NCBI GenBank assembly: GCA_964247055.1 | Contig: OZ176052.1 | Span: forward strand, 9,734,001 to 9,798,000 | Direction: 5' to 3' | DNA length: 64,000 nt | Source: Paragordius varius | Taxonomy: Eukaryota; Animalia; Nematomorpha | Part shown: piece after piece, positions 53,831-64,000 of the stretch | Position numbering within the stretch: the first letter of the stretch is position 1 | How the letters are laid out: the number at the start of each line of letters is the position of its first letter | The notes under the pieces: model-generated | What the model was told of the DNA's origin: nothing | Database searches by the model: none | The model's input: the letters and a program-made list of their open reading frames with translations, nothing else | Translations under genes and position numbers: made by a program

Positions 53831-56306
53831 TAAACATAAGTATTATCTTAAAATTGGGAATATATTTTATCAAAATAATCCTGTTTAATTATTTCAGTCG
53901 ATAAATTAAAGTATGGCTTAGACATAATGTTTTATAAATTTAAGTTTGTTTACTAAAAAATGTTTTTAAAGCTTTAGCAAATGGCTTGGTGGGCCGCATT
54001 TTTGGATCAAATAATCTGGTGGGCCGCATTCCTAAAATATATGGGCATAAAATATTTTATTGGTTATGACACTGTAAACATAACTATTTATTTTAACAAT
54101 TTTGCTAGTTCTTTGCCGAATTCCTAAAAACTCATTCAGAAAATTTCGCGTGTTGGACACCCCGGGTCGATATTATCCTGATCCCATGGCTAAAGCCTTT
54201 CTAAACGCTTTTGTGTTAAGTTTCATATATTATGTGGTAGTAATTAAGTTAAAATAAAATAAAGTTTTCATTTTTAAAACACTCAAATTAATAAAAGATT
54301 AAAAAATTAGTTTCAACCATTATACCTTTTTTCATAAATAATTTATTGATTAATAGAAATTGTTTTACGCGCAAAGCTTTGCCTTTGCAGCTTCATATAA
54401 AACATCATATTCTTGAATCTTATATCCATATTTTTAAACAATTCTATTCCGCACGTAAATGCTTTATCATTAATTACCTTAAAACAATTTACCACGTTTT
54501 TACAGCAATTGTTTTGTGGTTTTAATATATTAAAACCATTTTAAAATTTCCAATTTTATTTCTTTTTTATGAAAGATTTTAGATAGATATTGATTATAAA
54601 TTTAACGTGATAATTTTAATACGTTATTTTTGATCGCTAAAATATAAATGATTTTGTCTCAAAGTAATATAATTTATACAATCAAATTTCACATGCCTTA
54701 AATTACATCGTAAAATTGAATAGTTTTTTTTAATGTATTAACTATAAAATAATTTTTTAAAATCCTATAATATATAAACGTTCAAAGTTATGCATATCTG
54801 AAACCTTATCATCAATCTAAAATATTAAAGTTTAATATTACACAATATAATTGATACAGATTGTACATTATATCTTTTCAAAAAATCACTAAATTATTTG
54901 ATTGTATAGATGTAGGTTTAATTTTTTTTATTAATTTACAAATATTTGTCAGTTAATGTATTTGAAACCGCAAGGGGATAATTCAGTTAAAAGTACATTG
55001 ATTAATTGTATTATTAAGAAAAATATTATCTTAATGATAGAAAATGTTTTAAATATTGGAATATCTTTATATTACCGCAAACCTAAAAATTGGACGCTAT
55101 AATCAAAGAAAATGTAATTTTACTTTCGAACACTTGTGATTGAATTTGCCTTATACAATATGCAATTTTATCTATTATTCTATTTAAAATAATTTTGATC
55201 GCATCCATATTTTCCAATATATGTTTCACTGAAAAAATATCTGTGGGTTGATTTAGAATTAAATTTTATTATCAAAATTTATTTAATTGATTATGGGATC
55301 GATTGACTAAGATACATATTGACAATTCCAAAATAGCACCAACGGTTTGAATATGTATTTAAACAATATTTTTGACAGTCCGTATTTCGACAGCAGCCTT
55401 AAACAATCCATGCAACCACATGAAATACGTTTTATTAGATATAAACTAAAACATTTAGTCATAGTCGGATAGAAATCCATATTTTAGTAAAAAAAGAATA
55501 CAATCGATATTCTAGAATTGTATTACGAATTACATATTCTTACCTGAGTTCAGCCAAGGTTACATGGGGTAAGCGGTCGACGACCCACAATTAAATATTT
55601 TTATTCTTATTTACTTTATTATAGCGCTAATTAGAACAATACACATATAATTTAACCCTAATTTATTGAAAAAAATTTTACTTAGAAATATGTATAAAAA
55701 AATCTTATTGTTTCATAATTGTCCTTTTTTGAATCTTTAATAATTGGATAACTTGAGTTTGGATAAATAATTTATTTCTCGTATTTGTTTACTGTAAAAT
55801 AAGGACCACCAAATTAGGAATTAAATGAAAGATTGCGTGCAATCCGTTTAAATATATATTTTTTGTGGCAAATATCAACAAACATTTTTTAAAATAAAAC
55901 CATCGATTAAAAGCACATTATAAATTATTCATACAATTAAAAGCAATCTGTAAATGTAAAGTATAAATTGTAGTGGTATTAAATATAGCCTTGGACAAAT
56001 TTTTTTACATCAGCTATAAAGATTCATATTTTAGATTCGACCACTTAATTACAACGGTCAGAATTTCTGATATAATTGGTTTTGCAAACTGGAAAAAAAC
56101 CTAGGTAGATTTTTGTGTGCAGTTAGAGAAACACTTTTACGAGCGATGCTTTATGAGTTATAAATTACCCAAGGAAAATGCAATTTTTTTCTATAACGGT
56201 GTATTTTGTAATAATTTTAAAGAAAATATACTACCTTGAAATTTTAGCCATTTAATTGGACTACCTCAGTAAATAAGTTATATAAAAATAATATCCCATG
56301 AATATA

Positions 56307-57657
56307 CCATTTCCCAGTCAAAATAAACGTTTTCCCAGTCAATCTAAACATTTTCCCAGTCAATCGAAACATTTTCCCAGTCAATTGAAACGTTTTCCCA
56401 GTCAATCGAAACATCCCAGTCACTCGAAACATCCCAGTCAATAAAAACATTTTCCCAATCATTAAAAACGTTTTCCCAGTCAATAAAAACGGTTTTATTT
56501 TTGATGATAAATATCAATACAAGATTATAAAAACAACTTTTAACCATTATCATCGTAATATATGGATATTATTTTTTATAAAAACACTATTATTGAATGA
56601 CAATTTTTCCAAGTATATTCCAGTGCACAATCATTAATGTTATTCTTTAAGGTTATATGAATTTGAGATGTTTTTAAGATAATATATTTTATTTTATCGA
56701 TGGTTAGCAATAATATTTGCGGATAACTTAAAAAATCTATTACGGAAATAATAAAATTTATAAAAATATACCATTTTTATCTCAAAAGTCATTTAACACT
56801 TCATATTGGATCTTAAACATAAATTTTACCCTAATTTTATAATATTTATCATTTGGTTCATCGGGGGCCTAAGGCGGCCTTCCGAGTATCTTTGTGCGGC
56901 CGCGAAAAATTTGTAAATCCATATGCAAAAATAGCCCACAAAATCATAGTATTCATATCTTAAGCAATTATTATGAATGAGTCTATTAAATTGGTAACGA
57001 ATTAAAAAAAATGTTATATTGTGTTTGTATTTTACAGTCTTATTAATCTAGAAATTATGTGAATGCCCGTATATATTTCGAATGCTGAACGGTGTGCTTT
57101 TTTGAGTTAAAAATGCGGCCCGCGAAGGCATTTAGTTGGACGCCCGTGTTTTAGTCAAATATCCTTTTTATTAATATTTTTAAATCAAAAACATTTTCAT
57201 AAATTTTTGGTTTGAATATTTTTTCCGACAGTATTTATCGACTTGCATATTTAAAAACTGTTGTGAAGCGTTCCGCTATCAATGCGAATCATCGATAAAA
57301 TAAAAAATATTATATTAAAAATATCTCAAATTCCAAAAATTATAACTTTTAAAGAATAAGTCATTAATGATTGTGCACTGGATAATTGGAAAAATTGTCA
57401 TTCAATAATTGTGTTTTTATAAAAAATAATATCCATATATTACGCTAATAATATGGTTAAAAGTTGTTTTTATATCCTTGTTTTGATATTTATCATCAAA
57501 AATAAAACCGTTTTTATTGACTGGGAAAACGTTTTTATTGATTGGGAAAATGTTTTTATTGACTGGGAAAATGTTTTTATTGACTGGGAAAATGTTTCGA
57601 TTGACTGGGAAAACGTTTCGATTGACTGGGAAAACGTTTATTTTGACTGGGAAATGG
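56307..57657. mobile_element. Foldback element with ~400-bp TIRs containing a 21-bp tandem array
   Basis: Terminal ~40 bp are a perfect inverted match (ccatttcccagtcaaaataaacgttttcccagtcaatc); TA/TATA on both flanks; each arm has several gtttttattgactgggaaaac-type units; Charlie MITE inside (~56860-57150). Confidence 0.85.
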
Positions 57658-58170
57658 TATATATTAGAAATTAATTTGGATCCACTATAAGGCATATACC
57701 CATTATTTATCGATAATTTTTATTTAATTTTGTATCATTTTTTACGCATACATCTATTATTTTTGGTACGTTTGATAACATGGACTAATGTGATTTTAAT
57801 TAAAAATATTTTTGAGACAAGACACAATAATGTACAGCACAATATATAGGAAATAATCACACATTTAATGTTTCCGTTTATCTGCTAATTTTGGCTTTTT
57901 TGTCTTTGCAAAATAATAATGTAGTTGTTTTATCATTCATTATCATTTGTTTTTATATGGCAAATAGGTTTTTACCATTTTGGCATCATTTCTTTTTCTC
58001 TTTTTGAGTTAATTTAATTTTCCGTTTTAGTGACAATTCAAGTTAACCAAAATATTTGGAACCAACTATAATATACTTTGCCAAAAAGTATTACAAATTG
58101 ATATTATTTCTATTCCAAGAATTGGAATGTTGTACGCCTCCGCAAAAATCTACAAAATATCATACTAATA

Positions 58171-61100
58171 ATGTTAAGGCGAAATCAATATCAAATAATT
58201 ATCATTTTCACACTCTTTTTAAGCATTGTTTGGGGGCAAACTACGTTACCGTTGGCACAGAGTCAGAAGGTTAAAATGGCAAAACAGCAATTACCCGGTA
58301 GCTGTATTAAAATTATTGACACTTCCGTTTATCTTTGTAAAATGATGAATACTACTTATGCCCAATCTCAGCCAAGTATGAACAAACTTATGTTCGACAA
58401 TCAGACAAGAAATGATTTACCTACCTCTTTAAACACTAGTTCCAAGTTAAGAACCACCCTAAAAAATTATCCAAATATGTTTTTCTACTCTCCTGGTGAC
58501 ATATATGTCGGGGCGCTGTTTGAAATTTATACGCCAGCTATGGATTCCACTAGCATTTGTGGTACCGAGCTGGATAGTTATTTGCTGCAAAAGGCATTTT
58601 CACTCATCTATGGGATATCGGAATTGAACAAAAACCTTAAAGAAATCTATAACATAACTATTGGATATTATATACTGCCAACTTGTACCAATCCACCTTT
58701 AGCCTTGGTAAGCAAACAACTAACTAACTAACTAACTAACTCTTTTTTTGGCAAAACTAAGATTAACCACTATCTAATGGTTAAAATAATTTTTTTTGTT
58801 TTGATTTTTATAGCATCGTAGCTTTAATCTCAGGTGCAGGTGGTAAAAATATTTTTCCGCCATACAAAAAATCTCTGTAAATAATGTGATAATATATTTT
58901 ATTAATTTAATTTCAATTTCAATATTATATAATGATATTTAAATAAAAAAATTTAATTAATTTGTTATATAATTATTTTATTGGTTTAATATTGCTCTAT
59001 TAGTAATTTTTATTACAACTATTAAAAAAATAATTAAAAACAATATAACTTTCAGTTTATTTCTAATTAATTTTCGTTCATCATTCATTATCTTACGAAT
59101 TTAACAACTATTATTATAAAAAAGTATATTTACGCTTTTTAAAAATTTAATAAGGAAAAAAAACTTATCAAAAGCATAATATACTTATTACTGGTTTCCA
59201 GCGCGCCTAAACTAAAATTAACTAAAACAATCGAATTTAGCTTGTACTATCTAAGCTTCATCATACCAGAATTTGTATTGGTAAATATTTTATATGTTTT
59301 TTAATAGAAATTTTTTATGTTATATTTTTACTTGGTTAACAAATAGTGAAATGTAAATTATTAATGAGGACAGGGCGAGAAGGGTTGTAAAGAATTCAAA
59401 TATTTTTTAAAACGTTCAATGCCTGGACTCAAACTTTGCGGAAGGCCCAAAAGATGTAGTTTTCTTGTTTAAGGCCACACATCTTTTGATAAAAAACAGA
59501 TTAAAATAAATTTTTGCGGTAGTATCATTATCAATCTACAATTTTTTTATTCGGTCGCCAATAAAAAACCCAAAAACAAAATTTTAGATAGAAGATATTT
59601 GAAAGGTAAAATGCTAAAACTCAGTGACACTCATATTTCATCAAATTTACCCTAATATTTAGATTTGTTTAGAATTATGTTTATATTTATAATTATAACT
59701 AGATCCAAGGAACTAAATTATATCAAATACATCGGGAATTCAGTCAAATATTAGCAGTTCTAGGACCTTTTTCAAGCGTTGAGACGCTGATGACTGGGAC
59801 TTATTTTACTTATTATCGAATCCCACAAATTAGTCCTGGAGCCAATTCGGTAGCCTTGAACGATGAAACTAAGTACTCAAATTGTTTTTTTAATTTCATT
59901 TTTTTAATAAGATAGCTATATAAAGCTTTTTAATAAATACTCTGCAAAGAGCTTGCTTACTTCTGTGACCTTATGACTTATAACGCATTAAGGCATAAAT
60001 TAATTAAAAAGTTAAATTTAATTAGAATACAAGACTGTTTATATTATCATATCATATATTATTATTACATTACGTGTTTTCACAATGTAATGCTGTTAAT
60101 TATCACAACATATATGGAAAATGTAATAAAATTTTGTTAATCATTAGATTAATATTTAGCCAAAGGGTTGGGCTAAACTGAAACTCGTGAATGTGGTAAC
60201 TTAATAATTATTCAAAAAAAATAATTTATTTTTATCATATGTATATTTCCTTTTTAAAACTTAGCATTTTTTTAATTATCCCAAAGCATTCAAACTCAAC
60301 ACTTATTTTTAATTAATAAATATTCAAAATAATTTTTTATCCTTTAGATCAGTTGTTCCCAAAAGGGGAGGGGGGGCGAAAAATTCAAATTAAAAATAAA
60401 ACTTGAAACAAATTTAAGATTAATGAGGATTTTAGGGGCAAATTATCAAAATTTCTCCCCTGTATGAAAAAATATTTCAACATAATCGCAGATCATTGAT
60501 TATGATTTTTATAATATTATAATAAATTTTGCATTTTTATCTTTGTTTTTTGGATAAAGAAGGCGGGGGGGGGGGGGCAAGAATTATTTTATTTAATTTG
60601 GTGGGGTGAATAAAAAAGTTTGGAACCCTGTTTTTAATGTTTGAAAGCATATATATAATCATTAAATCTTATGTTTGGGATTTAAATAATTAAATTAACT
60701 GTTAAAATTTCGGTTCAAAAAAAGTTTGGTTTTATTTAAAAATTATACAAATTGAAAATTAATATTATTGACCAAATGTTCAAAAAAAAGATTAACTAAA
60801 CAACATAATTGAGTAAGGGACAATATATGCTTTTTTAACTTTTAATATGATTAAACATACTTTTTCAATAATCAGTTGATTAGTTTGATTAAAAAAGTAT
60901 TGAGTGCGGTATATATTAAAAATTTTAATAAGTGTCATTGGAACGTTAAAATGTTATTAAAAACAAATTTTAAAATAATTTTGATCTGTCATATATAATA
61001 TATGTTTGCAAGGTATTTTACACCAGTATAGCCATTTTACCGGTATGATCGGTGATATTTTATTCGCATTACCATTTAATTAAGAGTTTGTTCTTATTTC

Positions 61101-62983
61101 AGGAAAATTTTAATTACATATTATATATATAGGTGAATTCGATTATATATTAGCGTTATTTTTTACACATATTTTACTTTAGGTATGCCACATTATTCAG
61201 GATGGCTACGGACCAAACATTTTACATAGAAGCCATTATTAAGCTGTTAAAACTTATGAATTGGAATTATTTTTCACTCATGTACTATGAGAACGATTAT
61301 TTTACTTTGTACCGTTCACTACTCCTCAACAAACTAGATGAAATTAATGCCTGCATTCTCAGAGACATAAAAATTACGGCCAACACATCATCGGACCAGG
61401 ATACATTTGATCAATATTATCGTGAAGAATTTACACATTTAATCCACGATTCCAAGAGGATTCGTTTGGTGCTTTTGTTTTTGCCTAAATTGCGATACAT
61501 CTACGTTTTACGATTAATCAAAAATATAACGTTGACACCCAACCTTATATTTTTGGCCCTTGATAATTGGCCCGATTTAGATGAGCTAATAAACGAAGAG
61601 GTGATTGAAGTGGCCACCGGGACCATAACGGTCTTTGAATTTAATCGTCGGGTCGATGATTTTGCAGAATGGATGGAGGAAGTAAAAGAGAAAAACCGAG
61701 CTATGTTAGGACCTCCGTATAACGATTCAATTATTTTTAACCCAATACCCACAGTAAGTTATGATAAACGCTTTTCTATCATACTCGACATGGTAAGTAC
61801 GTTAGGGTTGGCTCTCCAATCATTGATAAAAAATGAATGTAACTTGGATAAAACCGTGAGTAATATTTCAAAGGCTAATGCACTATATAATTGTTTGAAT
61901 CATAGTAATATAATGCTTTACCTGCAAAACACTAGTTTTAATGGGAGAACAGGCGAAATCAAATTTAACAGTCATCGTTCAATAACTAAAGTTTTGCAGA
62001 TAGGTCAGTTAACTCAAAGACCACCTGAGCCCAGTCGTCCGTCTTATTTGGAACGATCATTTATGGATAGAACTAATATTAGTACAACGTTTCCAAAATT
62101 TTCGTATCAGATTGTAGGTACGTACAATCCATTCAAACAACAACTCAACATATTTCAACCGTTTGTTTGGCTCAACTACACTTTTGACAATGGCGATGAT
62201 GCCCCCCTGTCAAGCTGTAGTCTCCCCTGTGAAGAAAATGAAATTAAAATAACCATAAATCTTACATGTTGTTGGGTGTGTTTAAAGTGTCAAGCAAATG
62301 AATTCTTCTCCATTAAATTACAACGATGTGAAATGTGTCCACACTTTACACGACCTGACCCGGCAAGCCTCTATAGTTGTTTAGCTCTCCCTTAAAAAAT
62401 TATAAGTCAAGATTTTAAATTGTGGCGTAATTTATTATCAGTTATGATGGGCATTTCTCTTCTGTACTTTGTACTTTACATTACGTTTTTCACTACCAAT
62501 TTTAGGACGCTTACGTTTCGGAATGAGTTTAAAGCCTTAGTTTATTTCCAAAGTCTGGGTATATGCATGGGTATAATTGCGACATTTCTATATATCATAG
62601 TACCTCCTAACTATCGAATTTGTGTCGCGGCCCAATTTTTATTACAACTTGCGCTAAGTATGAATTACGCCGCATTAGCGGCCAAATTATACATTATTTC
62701 ACAGGTTATGCGTAAACGAAGCACTGAATACAATTCGGTCGCCCCATCTCACATTTACACAAGCGTCACAAATGCCAACCACCCTAAGTCAAATGCTGGT
62801 AAACAAACAATTAATGATTCTAATCATCTAAACAATGTTATTAACACAACCATGATTTCAGACCTAAAGATATCAGCAACACCAAAAGATATTACACAAA
62901 ATAGTTCTAATAAAAAACAACAAATTAAATTTGTTCATCTCAGAGCTTTTATATGGATGCCAATGCTTATGACCATTTTACAA
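58171..62983 (+). CDS. Metabotropic glutamate receptor-like class C GPCR (3' end beyond window; in-frame TAA at 62393-62395)
   Basis: Exons 58171-58707, 58814-~58842, 59202-59280, 59703-59872, 61183-62983. Signal peptide; VFT motifs PGDIYVGALF, VLGPFSS, IPQIS, LFRMATD, FNGRTGEIKF; Cys-rich domain CSLPC...TCCWVCLKC...CEMC; hydrophobic TM1-TM4 follow in the same frame after the stop. Confidence 0.85.
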
Positions 62984-63612
62984 GTATTATTAACTTAAAA
63001 ACTTACATTCAAAATTTGATCATTCGACCTTTTATTACTGTTTTGTAAACTAAACTGTTTTCAAAAGCTTTTCTAATTAAACCAATGGTATACTAGGGAT
63101 ATACAAATTTTTTAAGAGTCGCCTTAGAATCTAATTATGATGGCCAAAAAACTCAATCAAATCTTTAATGATCGTCCCATATATGGTAGTTAGATTCATA
63201 AAAAATAAATGTTTGTTATATTTTTTAAACTTTTTATATAATTCAAAACACATAAACAGAGAAAAATGCTCTACCTACTGAGTTAGCTGAAATATTTGTT
63301 GAGGACTAGGATAAAATATGCGCAATTTAATGGTTAGCTTCTGTAGCATATACCGGTAAAATATCGGACCATTCCCACTATAAGCTTAATAAAATTAAAT
63401 TGGTGCCTTGGCAAGACTTGTAAAAAGTTCGCAATGGCCAAATGCGACCCCTTTTTTGTATACGTAGTATAGTGAATTTTGTAAAACATCAATAGATTGT
63501 GCTAAATAATTTTGATAAATATCTTAAGGATAAAAATTATCGTTTATCAACGTTGCTGTTAATGAGTTTAATTGGTCATAAATACATTATTTGATCGTAG
63601 CTTCCTTATGAC

Positions 63613-63803
63613 CAGTTGCTTAGCTTGCATTTCTAGCGCCCGGTGCATGAATCGATGATGGCGCCCCCTCCGTGGTTTTTTTATGTATTATTTAAAGTAA
63701 TAACTTTTAAATACCTGTTTTAAATTTAAAAATATTAAAATTCGGCACCCCTACAACTATGCGCCTGGTGGATTCCCTTTTCCCTCCCCTAGCTACCCCT
63801 CTG
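63613..63803. mobile_element. hAT-type MITE (family of 6475-6686 and 25047-25274)
   Basis: Ends cagttgcttagc / gctacccctctg; flanks cttatgac / actatgac (6/8). Confidence 0.7.
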
Positions 63804-64000
63804 ACTATGACAGCTTCCAAAAAAATCGGTCAAAATACTTTAATGTATTTCTATCATATGGTCTATGAAAGCCAACACAAGTAATAAAGTTGTCATGTAA
63901 AAGAGTACTGGAGATGTGATTATTTTTAAGTGTGATATTGAATTATTAGGATTTTAGAGTAAAGTGATTGGTAAGTAGTCAAACTGGTTTTTATTTTGTG

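Noticed and set aside
54230-55560. Possible decayed hAT transposase on the minus strand (MTKCFSLYLIKRISCGCMDCLRLL)
   Set aside because: Similarity is faint, frames are broken and no TIR or TSD was found; not supportable without an HMM search.
56244-57695. ORFs with VFIDWEN / TGKMFRL heptad repeats; CRISPR-like look
   Set aside because: They are translations of the 21-bp tandem array in both arms of a foldback element. There are no unique spacers and no cas genes, and the context is eukaryotic.

Overview
Very AT-rich (roughly three-quarters A+T by eye) eukaryotic, animal DNA with spliceosomal introns, many of them extremely short (20-40 nt). This profile resembles a reduced parasitic invertebrate such as an orthonectid (e.g. 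Intoshia); that is an inference, not a database result. Five recognisable genes: a GATA456-class transcription factor (+), AMPK beta subunit (-), TAF8 (-), WDR25 (+, start codon only 14 nt from that of TAF8) and an mGluR-like class C GPCR (+, runs off the window) with an in-frame TAA exactly between ectodomain and TM1. There are also two orphan genes with predicted signal peptides. One is a ~34-exon micro-exon gene (3059-15568) whose introns are all phase 1 and whose internal exons are all multiples of 3 (down to 9 nt), an architecture like schistosome MEG genes. Introns and intergenic DNA hold many hAT (Blackjack, Charlie/Buster and others), Tc1/mariner-type MITE, Helitron/DINE-like and foldback elements, often nested. 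All exon structures were read by hand from GT-AG sites and frame continuity and need RNA-seq confirmation. No rRNA, tRNA or CRISPR was found.
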